NCBI GenBank assembly: GCA_046593995.1
Contig: JBKJQC010001264.1
Coordinates: 1-50,887 of the forward strand
Source of the DNA: Polyangiales bacterium
GTDB lineage: Bacteria > Myxococcota_A > Polyangia > Polyangiales > JADJMO01
Length of the DNA: 50,887 nucleotides
Reading direction: 5' to 3'
The notes beneath the pieces were generated by a model. It made no database searches. It had not been told where the DNA came from and worked only from the letters and a program-made list of their open reading frames with translations. This document shows, in pieces, positions 9,637 to 17,868 of this stretch. A program made the translations under genes and the position numbers. Numbering within the stretch: position 1 is the first letter of the stretch; every line of letters starts with the position of its first letter.

Positions 9637-11474
9637 CAGGCCCCGCCCTCGGTGTTCATCTCAGCGAAGTAGGCGTTCACCTCCGCGCGCACGGACTTGC
9701 CGATTTCTCGCGCGCTCGCGTTCGAGCCCCCGACCTGGACGATGATGTCGCCGATCGACATGGACCGAGGTGCCCCACCCGAGCTCGAGCCCGACGCTGC
9801 GAGCGACGAGAGCGTCATCTTCGGGGGCGTGACGGCCATGCGCATCGCCGCCTGCATGGCGGCGGCCTTGTTGTCGACGCCCTTCTCGACGCCGCCGACG
9901 GCGTGCTCGCCGTACGGGACCATGCGCTTCGCGGGGCTCGCGATGCCGAGCGTCTTCTTCACGGTGTCCGGGAGCAGGTCGATGAGCCCCTTGAACTTCG
10001 AAATTAGCCCCGCCCACGCGCCCTTCAGGCCTTCCCAGATGCCGTCGGCGATGCTCTTCCCGAAGCTCTTGAAGCCTTCCCACACCGAGCCGAGGTACGT
10101 GAAGAGCCGGTCGAACGCGCCACTGACCCACGCGACTATGTTGTCGAAGGCCTGTGGGATGAGCTTGATCTCGCGCCAGAGCTCCGCGAAGAACATCGCG
10201 AGGAGCTGCACGACACCGAGGACGACGGCCGCGATCGCGCCGAAGCCGATGATGACGGCGCCGAGTGCGAACCCGACGACCTTGCCGAGCGTCTTGAGCG
10301 AGTCGATCCAGAACGTCGACTTCTCGCCGCCCATGTCGAGCTGCACCATCAGATCCTTGATCGGCTGCAGGATGAACATGAGCCCCTCGCCGAGGCCGCC
10401 GAACAGCGCGCCCGTCAGATCCGCGGTCACCTCGAGGAAGCTCGCGAAGCCCTCGACGGCGGAGATCACGTCGTCGACGCTGACCTTCGAGAGCATGTCG
10501 CCGATCGCGGTCGAGATCTTCTGCAGGAGACCAATGAACCGCTTCCCCGTGGCGGACGCTGGATCGAGCGCCGCGACCAGCGCGCCAAGCGCCTTCCTCG
10601 CCGGCTCGAGTGCGCTCGATGCGTCGAGCGCGTTCAGCAGCCGTCCCGGCGCCGACTTCAGCGATTCGAGGACGCCGGGGAGCGTGTTCTTCGCGAAGTC
10701 CTGAGCAACGCCGCCGAGCTCCTTGCCGCTCGTCTCCGTGATGGTCTTGAGGGCCGCCGCCTGGAGCTTCGCGACGTCCAGCGAGCCGCTCTTGATCGCG
10801 GCTTCGATGTCCTCGGCCGCATCGCCAGACGACCCTACAGCGACGCCGAGGATGTCGCGCAGCTTGGCCGTGTTGAGCCCCGCCGCGCCCATCGCGGCGA
10901 TGCTCTTGGCGCCGAGCTTGCCCTTGTCGTCGAGATCCGAGAACGCGGAGACGAGCGCCGCCGTGTCGTGGCCCATCGCGCCGAGGTCGGCGGCGCCCTG
11001 GATGATCTTGAACGCGCTCGCGACCGAATGGCCCTTGCCGACGAGCTTCGTAAGCTGCTTCTGGATCTCGTCCGGATCGTTGCCGAGGATCGACGCGAGC
11101 GAGTTGATGTCCTGCGTCGCGGCGTCGAACGCCTTCGTGTCCTTGATGACTTGCTTGAGCTGGAAATCCAGCTTCTCGCCGTCGATCGCGTCCTCGATGG
11201 CGAACTTCGCGAAGGCCGCACCCGCGCCGGCGGCCGCGACCGCGATGCCCGCGAGACCAGTCATTGCCATCGGCGCGAGCTGCGTCGCGAAGACGGAGCC
11301 GACGGACTTCGCGACCTTCCCGAGCTTCGTCATCCCGCGCGAGGCCGCGCCGGTGAGCTTGTCGAGGTTGATCCCCTTCATGGAGGACTGCACGCCCTTG
11401 AGCGACTTCGCGACGTTGCGCGCGGGGGCGGTCGCCTTATCGACGATTTCCAAAACCCACTTCAAGTCCGCCAT
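9636..11474 (-). CDS. tail tape measure protein
   Basis: 612 aa, Ala/Gly/Lys-rich helical sequence with hydrophobic central segments. Lies directly downstream of the G/GT chaperone pair. Confidence 0.9.
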   Translation of the reverse strand: MADLKWVLEIVDKATAPARNVAKSLKGVQSSMKGINLDKLTGAASRGMTKLGKVAKSVGSVFATQLAPMAMTGLAGIAVAAAGAGAAFAKFAIEDAIDGEKLDFQLKQVIKDTKAFDAATQDINSLASILGNDPDEIQKQLTKLVGKGHSVASAFKIIQGAADLGAMGHDTAALVSAFSDLDDKGKLGAKSIAAMGAAGLNTAKLRDILGVAVGSSGDAAEDIEAAIKSGSLDVAKLQAAALKTITETSGKELGGVAQDFAKNTLPGVLESLKSAPGRLLNALDASSALEPARKALGALVAALDPASATGKRFIGLLQKISTAIGDMLSKVSVDDVISAVEGFASFLEVTADLTGALFGGLGEGLMFILQPIKDLMVQLDMGGEKSTFWIDSLKTLGKVVGFALGAVIIGFGAIAAVVLGVVQLLAMFFAELWREIKLIPQAFDNIVAWVSGAFDRLFTYLGSVWEGFKSFGKSIADGIWEGLKGAWAGLISKFKGLIDLLPDTVKKTLGIASPAKRMVPYGEHAVGGVEKGVDNKAAAMQAAMRMAVTPPKMTLSSLAASGSSSGGAPRSMSIGDIIVQVGGSNASAREIGKSVRAEVNAYFAEMNTEGGA

Positions 11475-11485
11475 GCGCGCTCCGG

Positions 11486-11964
11486 TCAGCTGTCGAGGAA
11501 GTCGACGACCTTCGCCATGAACCGCGCGATCAGGCGCGCGCCGACGGTGTCGTCCTCGTCACCCGTGCGGTCCCGGAATGCCTGGAGGCACTCGCCCTGG
11601 ACCGCGAGATCGGTCACCGCTTCTTCCCAGCGGTGTTGAATCCTTTTCCCACGGCTTCGAGCGCCTCCTTCGAGGCATCGAGAACCATCGCGCCGAGCAC
11701 CTCGAAGATCATCGGATGGACGTCGAGGACGTCGTCGAGCTCCTGCGGCGTGTGCGAGACGCAGCAGGACTTCGCGATCTCCTCCATCGCGGCGAACATC
11801 TCGGGGCCCTTGCCACCACCCATCTGGGTCGCGGCGAGGAAGTTGCGCATCTCGCGCCCGCGCGCCTTGCGGCAGACGAACGTCACGAGCTCGCCGCCGA
11901 GATGGACGGTCTTGGTCGCGACGTCGTTGCCGAACGCCGCGCGGCACTCGTCGAGGGTCCTCAT
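11486..11964 (-). CDS. tail assembly chaperone GT-like product made by -1 frameshift
   Basis: After the slip at 11650-11644 the -1 frame reads ...GKRIQHRWEEAVTDLAVQGECLQAFRDRTGDEDDTVGARLIARFMAKVVDFLDS, stopping at 11486. That is the only plausible part of track ORF 11486..11947. Confidence 0.7.
11614..11964 (-). CDS. tail assembly chaperone (G-like)
   Basis: 116 aa from MRTLDECRAAF (ATG 11964). Sits between the tube and tape-measure genes. The upstream part of track ORF 11614..12336 is shadow. Confidence 0.8.
   Translation of the reverse strand: MRTLDECRAAFGNDVATKTVHLGGELVTFVCRKARGREMRNFLAATQMGGGKGPEMFAAMEEIAKSCCVSHTPQELDDVLDVHPMIFEVLGAMVLDASKEALEAVGKGFNTAGKKR
11644..11650 (-). promoter_or_regulatory. 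programmed -1 ribosomal frameshift heptamer G GGA AAA
   Basis: The minus strand reads GTG GGA AAA GGA in the zero frame, an X XXY YYZ heptamer. It lies 10 codons before the G stop, and the -1 frame stays open to 11486. Confidence 0.7.
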
Positions 11965-11972
11965 CGGCTCCC

Positions 11973-12434
11973 TCAGGTCCCCGGTCCGAAGCGCCGGTCG
12001 ATCATCGGGAGGCCGTCCTCGAGGATGTCGAGGGCACAGAACGCGATCTTCTTCTCGGTCGCCGCCGAGCCCTTGCTCGACGTGCTGTCTGCCTCGGTGA
12101 GCCCCTCGAACTTCACCTCGACGGACCGCACCGGGCTGCCGGGAGTGGAGTCGATGAGCGCGACGCGCCCTTTGCAGTCCATCGGCGCGACGCCGTACAT
12201 GGAGCGGATGCGCGCCTTGAGCTTCTCCCAATACGGGAGGAGCACGGTCATCGAGAGCTCGTAGTCGGCGTCGCCCTCTGTCACGCCGAGCGGGTTGCGC
12301 GCCATGCCGCGCACCTTCTCGCGGTCGATGGCGCACTTCCAGTTGACCTCACCGACGCCGAGGAGCGCGAGCCCCAGGACCGAGCAGGTCTTCGTCGTGT
12401 GCGAGGGGAACTTGCCCGTTGCGGTCTGCAGCAT
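11973..12434 (-). CDS. tail tube protein
   Basis: 153 aa with ATG start, between the sheath and the chaperone genes. Confidence 0.8.
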   Translation of the reverse strand: MLQTATGKFPSHTTKTCSVLGLALLGVGEVNWKCAIDREKVRGMARNPLGVTEGDADYELSMTVLLPYWEKLKARIRSMYGVAPMDCKGRVALIDSTPGSPVRSVEVKFEGLTEADSTSSKGSAATEKKIAFCALDILEDGLPMIDRRFGPGT

Positions 12435-12509
12435 GTGAGCGACTCCAAAAGCAGAGGCGCCGCGCTACGGGTGATCCCGCAGAACGGCGCCATGTTCGAG
12501 CTGTGAGGA

Positions 12510-13955
12510 TCAGGCGGCGGTCGCGACGAGGGTGCTCGTGTAGCCGAGGGTGAGGACGATCTCCTTCATGTAGAAGAGCGGCTGCACGCGGACCTCGATC
12601 TTGATCTGCTTGTTGCGGATGTCGCTGTTCCGACCGATGCGGCCGGTGACGCCCGACACATGGCCCACGAGCGCGGCCTCGAGGGCGTCCGTGATGTCCC
12701 CGTCCATCACGAGCGCATCCGCCTCGCGGATCTTGCCGGTCGTCGCGTCCGCGAAGCGCGTGTCGTTGAGATAGTCGAGGGCCTTGTTGCGGGCCGTCTT
12801 GCTCGCCGTGTTGATCACGCGAACGAGCTGCGAGAGACCGTAGTCGGAGCCCGACGCCGCGAAGGTGTTGCCCTGCGTGACGTAGAAGCCCTCGCGCCCA
12901 GAGACTCGGCGAAGCGTGGTGTACCGGAACGTGTCGAGCGCCGTCGAAGCTTCCTCGTCGTGCTCGATGCCGGAGACGCGGATCGCGCCCGACAGCAAGC
13001 GCCCGAGGTCCTCGCTGATCGGCGACTGCGACAGGCGCTCGGTCACCGGGAAGATCGCCGACCGTCGGTAGCTGAGTCCGTCGAGGTCCGAGACCTTGGT
13101 GCAGTAGCCCGCGGCGATGAGGGTCCGCTTCTCCTCGAGGGCGGGAGCCGCGGCGATCAGCGCAGCGCGCCACGTCGCGAGCCCGGCTGCGCTCGTGGCG
13201 ACGGGGCTCGGCGCCTCCATCACCGCCACGGTGTAGCGGTACAGGGTCGCGAGCGAGGAAAGTTTCGTCTTGATCACCGCGAAGGTCGCCGCCATCGCCG
13301 TGGCGCGGTCGGCGTCCGTCGCGCCGGCGTTCGCGTTCACGACCGAGACGACCCCCACGTCGCGGCCGCTCGCGATCAGTGCGTCGAGCGCGTCCGTGAT
13401 GTTCGTGTTCGTGAGGCCCGGCGCCGTGCACGTGAACGTGTACTTGTTGTCGACCGCGTAGTTCGTCCCGGTCGCGAAGTTCAGCGTCACGCCGTTCGGC
13501 ATGAGGTACGTCGCTGCGGTGACGATCTCGGGCGAGTAGGTCACGCCCCCGTCGAGCGAGTACTTGAAGGTCGCCGTGCCGCGGGCACCCGCCTGGACGA
13601 TCTGCACGATGCCGCTCGCGTCGTCCGTGGGCACACCCGTCAGGGTCACGACCGGCGGCGAGGTGCCTGCGGAGGTGACTGCGCTGTTTGCGCCCGCGGT
13701 GGACGCGGTGGTTCCGACGAGGATGATCGGACCGTGGTCCTCCGTCGCGCACAGGCTCGCGACCAACTCCGCGCCCTTTCCGACGCCGACCGCCGCGATG
13801 ACCTCCGCGGGCGACGCGTTGTTGAAGTCGTAGAGCGTGCCCGCGACGGCGAGCGTCGAGTGCCCGATGACGCACACGATGCCGTCGGTCTGCGACGCCG
13901 CGATGCCGAGGTTGCCGTCCTGCAGTCCGACCGTGGCCTTGGGGAACGTGGGCAT
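12510..13955 (-). CDS. contractile tail sheath protein
   Basis: 481 aa, first gene of the sheath-tube-G/GT-TMP block. Carries the ~90-aa module shared with the capsid proteins (residues ~92-180). Confidence 0.9.
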   Translation of the reverse strand: MPTFPKATVGLQDGNLGIAASQTDGIVCVIGHSTLAVAGTLYDFNNASPAEVIAAVGVGKGAELVASLCATEDHGPIILVGTTASTAGANSAVTSAGTSPPVVTLTGVPTDDASGIVQIVQAGARGTATFKYSLDGGVTYSPEIVTAATYLMPNGVTLNFATGTNYAVDNKYTFTCTAPGLTNTNITDALDALIASGRDVGVVSVVNANAGATDADRATAMAATFAVIKTKLSSLATLYRYTVAVMEAPSPVATSAAGLATWRAALIAAAPALEEKRTLIAAGYCTKVSDLDGLSYRRSAIFPVTERLSQSPISEDLGRLLSGAIRVSGIEHDEEASTALDTFRYTTLRRVSGREGFYVTQGNTFAASGSDYGLSQLVRVINTASKTARNKALDYLNDTRFADATTGKIREADALVMDGDITDALEAALVGHVSGVTGRIGRNSDIRNKQIKIEVRVQPLFYMKEIVLTLGYTSTLVATAA

Positions 13956-14015
13956 GATCTCTCCGTCGGCGCGCGCGATTGCGGCCTTGCTCGTGTCGTT
14001 GTTCGTCGGGCGGCG

Positions 14016-14195
14016 TCAGGTCGTGGCGAGCACGCGCGCGGCGACGAGCTCGCGGAAGCGCTCCCAGTCACCGGCGTCGAACGCAGCGCGGATCGCCGTT
14101 GCGTGTTCGATCTCTTCAGGGGTCGCCGGATCGCAGACGTCGCAGAAGCCTTCGTCCTGGCACTCTTCGCAGTCCGGCTTCCACTCGTCGCTCAC
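14016..14195 (-). CDS. small Cys-rich protein (zinc-ribbon-like)
   Basis: GTG 14195 is in a GTGA overlap with the upstream stop. 59 aa: VSDEWKPDCEECQDEGFCDVCDPATPEEIEH... with G/C-ending codons. Confidence 0.5.
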   Translation of the reverse strand: MSDEWKPDCEECQDEGFCDVCDPATPEEIEHATAIRAAFDAGDWERFRELVAARVLATT

Positions 14196-14716
14196 GGTCC
14201 ACCCACGTCGGGCTCGCCGGCGTCGAGGATCCCGTCCCCGAAGATGCCTTGCGATCCGTCGATCGCGACCGTCTCGATCACCACGGGGACGAACCGCGCC
14301 GTCGGCATGTCGGTCTCGAAGACCGGGACCCGCACCATGACAGGCACGGTGAGGACCCATCCATTCAGACCGTCCTCGGAGGGCAGCGCGTCGACCGTGC
14401 CGATCTCGTAGTGGACGGCCTCCGTCTGGAAGAGCGCGCTCACGAGGTTCACGAGCAGCGCCCACGCCTGGTCGAACGTGCCGTGCCAGCAGTGGACCTC
14501 GAACGTCATGGCGACGTCGACGAGGCCACGTGGGTAGTCGCCGACCTCCATCGCGGCCCCCGGGGTTCCCGTCGTGGGGACCCACACGTAGCGAGGCGGA
14601 GCTCCGTTCGCCGACAGGTGCTTCGCGCCGAAGTAGCTCTTTACCTCGGTCGCGCTCTCGAGGAGCGCGGCGACCGGTTCGAAGATGTCCGCCTGCGGGT
14701 TCGTCGGAGCGGGCAT
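14192..14716 (-). CDS. neck / tail terminator-type protein
   Basis: 174 aa with ATG start, positioned between the head-tail joining genes and the sheath. Confidence 0.65.
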   Translation of the reverse strand: MPAPTNPQADIFEPVAALLESATEVKSYFGAKHLSANGAPPRYVWVPTTGTPGAAMEVGDYPRGLVDVAMTFEVHCWHGTFDQAWALLVNLVSALFQTEAVHYEIGTVDALPSEDGLNGWVLTVPVMVRVPVFETDMPTARFVPVVIETVAIDGSQGIFGDGILDAGEPDVGGP

Positions 14717-14720
14717 GGGG

Positions 14721-15149
14721 TCAGGTCTTCACGAGTGCAAACCACTCGGTGTTGAGGCGCGCCGTGACGCGATCTGCCCACGGCTTCGGCATCGCCTTCT
14801 TCGGCAGGATGCGGCGCGCGGGGAGCTTCCACTTCGTTCCCTGCTTCTTCGCGCCGCGCTGGTGGATGAGCGAGACCTTGTCCGCGACGCGGATCTCGAA
14901 GCCCCGCTTCGCTCGGATCTTGAGGCGCATCCGGCCCGCGTAGCTCCGGAGCGCGACGCCCCCGGTCTTGAGCTTCTTCCAGGTCCGCCCCTGCGGGTTC
15001 TTACCGGCCTGGGCGCCCTCGACGGCGAGACGGTGCGTCTCGTCCGCGAACGCCTGCACGCTGTTGCGCACGAGCTCCTCGGACGCGATGCGACCGGTCG
15101 CCGAGATGATCTTCTCGAGCGAGCGGTAGTCGCCTTTCGGCTTCGTCAT
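14721..15149 (-). CDS. virion morphogenesis / head-tail joining protein
   Basis: About 142 aa, basic. ATG 15149 overlaps the upstream TGA (TGATG); a GTG 3 nt upstream is also possible. Confidence 0.65.
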   Translation of the reverse strand: MTKPKGDYRSLEKIISATGRIASEELVRNSVQAFADETHRLAVEGAQAGKNPQGRTWKKLKTGGVALRSYAGRMRLKIRAKRGFEIRVADKVSLIHQRGAKKQGTKWKLPARRILPKKAMPKPWADRVTARLNTEWFALVKT

Positions 15150-15556
15150 CACCAGCCTCGAGGCGTGTCAGACGCGACGACGAAATCCTCTTCGGCGTCG
15201 TCCGGTGTCGAGTCGACGATACCCACGGGCGAGACGCGACCGGCGGCAACTCCCTCGAGCCACCGCTGCGCCTCGTCACGTCGCGCCTGCCAGACCGCGC
15301 CTGCCGGCGTCTCGGGATTGATCCCCACGACGACCGTCATCACGTCCCAGCCAGAGAGCTGCGCGACCGCCAGACGTAGGTCGTCACCCCACGCAGTGAT
15401 CGGCAGGGTGTATCTGCCCGAGGCCGCGAGGTAGCCCTCGGCGTAGACCGAGCGCTTCGTGAGGATCCCGTTCAGGGTCGCGACGGGGATCTCCGCCGTG
15501 ACCGCGGCGGGAACGCCCACCTGCGCGAGGTCTCCGATCGCGGCGAATTGGGACAC
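15149..15556 (-). CDS. DUF1320 / Mu gp36-like head-tail connector protein
   Basis: 135 aa with GTG start. The pattern ...YLAASGRYTLPI...AVAQLSGWDV...RRDEAQRWLEGVAAG fits the gp36 family as I recall it. Confidence 0.7.
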   Translation of the reverse strand: MSQFAAIGDLAQVGVPAAVTAEIPVATLNGILTKRSVYAEGYLAASGRYTLPITAWGDDLRLAVAQLSGWDVMTVVVGINPETPAGAVWQARRDEAQRWLEGVAAGRVSPVGIVDSTPDDAEEDFVVASDTPRGW

Positions 15557-15557
15557 G

Positions 15558-16256
15558 TCAGACGAGCTCGCCGGTGACCGAAGCCGTGACGATCGGTGTT
15601 GCGCTGCCGCCGACGACGGCGACGCAGCGCATGTACCGGTCCAGGCCGACGAACTGCTTGCGCTCGTAGCCCGCGGTCTTGGCGGTCCAGACGTTGTCGA
15701 CGGCGGCGGCCGCGTTCTCCACGTTGAGCGTGACGCCGGTCGTCTCGCCGGTCACTGGGTCGAGCATCTCGATCGTCGCAGCGGTGAGCTGCTCGGCGGA
15801 GTATGTCTTCCCGCCGTCGAGCGAGTACTTGATCTTCGAGGTACCGCGCGCGCCGAGGAGCGTGCAGAGGACCTTGAGGTTGATGTACCGGTTCGGCGTC
15901 CCCGTGAGGGTGATGTCGGGCGGCGTGGTGCCCGCTTCGGTGACGGCCCCCATCGCGAGTGAGACGTCGGTCTTCTGGTCGAAGTCTGCGAGCGACCGCC
16001 AGGAGGTCAGGCCATCCGGCGACGTCTCGACGTAGACGTCGAGTGTCGGGTTCGTGCCGCTCTTCGCGGTGACCTCGAGAGTCAGCCGCGCGCACGAGCT
16101 CCCGCCGCACTCCACGACGGGACCGATCGTCTGGCCGGCGGCCAACGCGGCGAGGACGAGCAGCGCGATCGCCGGCGCGTGGACGAACTTGCCGCTCTCG
16201 GTCTTGTAGCCCGTGGCGGAGTTTTCGAAGGGCTTCGTGGTGACGTTTCTCGGCAT
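15558..16256 (-). CDS. capsid accessory/decoration-type protein carrying the shared module
   Basis: 232 aa with ATG start. Residues 101-196 are near-identical in stretches to MCP residues 231-327 (AMGAVTEAGTTPPDITLTGTPNR vs AMSAVTPAGTTPPVITLTGTPNR). Confidence 0.75.
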   Translation of the reverse strand: MPRNVTTKPFENSATGYKTESGKFVHAPAIALLVLAALAAGQTIGPVVECGGSSCARLTLEVTAKSGTNPTLDVYVETSPDGLTSWRSLADFDQKTDVSLAMGAVTEAGTTPPDITLTGTPNRYINLKVLCTLLGARGTSKIKYSLDGGKTYSAEQLTAATIEMLDPVTGETTGVTLNVENAAAAVDNVWTAKTAGYERKQFVGLDRYMRCVAVVGGSATPIVTASVTGELV

Positions 16257-16258
16257 GA

Positions 16259-16531
16259 TCAGATCTCCGCGGCGGCAATCGCCGCTGTCGCTTCACTGCG
16301 GGTCAGGCCCGCATCCAGGAGCTCGTCGACGTCCGCGCCGAACACGTCCTCGATCGCGGAGTACCCAGCGGCGACGAGCTCGGCGCGCGCCGGGAAGTTG
16401 AGTGGCAGCGCCGTACCAGGCACGCCCTTCTGCATGCCATGCCACGCCGCATCGAGCGCGCGGTCGCTGTTGCTCCGAGCGGCGAGCCGCTTGAGCAGGT
16501 AGTAGCGACGCGAGCTCGAGACGGTGGACAC
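16259..16531 (-). CDS. hypothetical head protein
   Basis: 90 aa with GTG start, between the MCP and the accessory protein. Confidence 0.6.
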   Translation of the reverse strand: MSTVSSSRRYYLLKRLAARSNSDRALDAAWHGMQKGVPGTALPLNFPARAELVAAGYSAIEDVFGADVDELLDAGLTRSEATAAIAAAEI

Positions 16532-16545
16532 CGGCTACGTCCTGC

Positions 16546-17733
16546 TCAGAGGACGCCGGCGTTGTGGCGCAGCTTGATGATCCCGGTTTTCTTGCTTCCG
16601 GGCGCGCGCTTGTAGCGGAGCGCCGCGTAGTACAGCCACATCGCCGCGAGGTCGGCGTTGCGCGAGATGTCGACGTCTTCCTTGAGCGTGAGCTCGGCGC
16701 CGTTGAACCAGAACGCGATCGCGCCCTTCTTGCAGATCAGAGAGGTGTACTTGCCGATCGACTTCGCGGTCCACACGTTGTTCACCGCGGCGTTGCCCGC
16801 CGCGATGTTCAGCGTGACGCCCGTGGTCTCGTTCTCGTTGAGCGGGTCGGTGATGAGGATCGTCGCAGCGGTCAGCGTCGCAACGCTGAAGGTGTTCCCG
16901 CCGTCGATCGACCACTTCACCCTCGAGGTGCCGAGCGCACCGAGCACGGTGCACTCGACCCTCAGATCGATCGGCCTGTTCGGCGTGCCGGTGAGGGTGA
17001 TCACCGGCGGCGTGGTCCCGGCCGGGGTCACGGCGCTCATCGCGGAGCCATCGAAGAGCATGCGGTCGCTCTGGATCACCGGGATCCCAGCGAGGCGCGG
17101 GAGCGAACCGCTGACAGCGTCGACCCAAAGCGGGCGACCCGCCGTGTCCTTCGCGCGGCGGAGGTCGCCCATCGTCCGCGAGTGAACGACCAGGCCGGCG
17201 ATGTCTTCGGAGTCGTCACCCCAGAGCTCGGTCCCGTCGCAGAGCAGGTCCCAGTCGAGCACCCGCGGCACGGTCGCCGAGTACTTGTCGACGACGAGCT
17301 GCCCGGTGCCGGACGCCACGGCCGCCGCGATCGCCGCCGAGTCCATCTTCCGACGGACCGAGCGGAGCGTCTGGCGCTTGCCCTCCTCGTAGATGTCCTT
17401 CCCCACGCTCGCCATCTCGGCCCAGCGCGTCGTGTTGAACATCAAGCCGGCAGCAGCGATGGTCGCCTGCTCCTTGCTCTGACCGAACGTCTTCGCCGTG
17501 AGCGCGTCGCCGTCGGCCGCCACGTCCTCGAACTCGCCGATCGAGTCGAAGTACGGGACGTTGATCGTCTCGCCGACGCGGCTTTCACCCGCGGGCATGT
17601 CGGGGCGCACGACGACGACGCCGGCGGCGGCCATCGGGGAATCGATGAACGCGTTCTTGTCCTTCCACGCGCCCTCGAGCGCCTCGTTCCAGTGCTCCGC
17701 GATGACGACGCTCGACTTGGTGACGTTGGCCAT
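16546..17733 (-). CDS. major capsid protein (HK97-fold type) with inserted domain
   Basis: 395 aa. ATG 17733 has CCGGAGA upstream. Follows the protease/scaffold gene. Confidence 0.9.
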   Translation of the reverse strand: MANVTKSSVVIAEHWNEALEGAWKDKNAFIDSPMAAAGVVVVRPDMPAGESRVGETINVPYFDSIGEFEDVAADGDALTAKTFGQSKEQATIAAAGLMFNTTRWAEMASVGKDIYEEGKRQTLRSVRRKMDSAAIAAAVASGTGQLVVDKYSATVPRVLDWDLLCDGTELWGDDSEDIAGLVVHSRTMGDLRRAKDTAGRPLWVDAVSGSLPRLAGIPVIQSDRMLFDGSAMSAVTPAGTTPPVITLTGTPNRPIDLRVECTVLGALGTSRVKWSIDGGNTFSVATLTAATILITDPLNENETTGVTLNIAAGNAAVNNVWTAKSIGKYTSLICKKGAIAFWFNGAELTLKEDVDISRNADLAAMWLYYAALRYKRAPGSKKTGIIKLRHNAGVL

Positions 17734-17868
17734 GATTCAGTGTCTCCGGGCCTCGCGAAGAGGACGGCTAAGCCCGTCGCCAACGTGGCGCGGGTGAGGT
17801 CTTGGGTCCGTGGCGACTGGCACGCGCGCGCGACGGCGCGCGGCGTGGCTCGTGAGCGCTTCCGCTCG

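Noticed and set aside
17819-17846. Terminator between the scaffold and capsid genes.
   Set aside because: The GC-rich hairpin CACGCGCGCGCGACGGCGCGCGGCGTG has no following U-run on the coding (minus) strand. At most it is an attenuating or processing structure.
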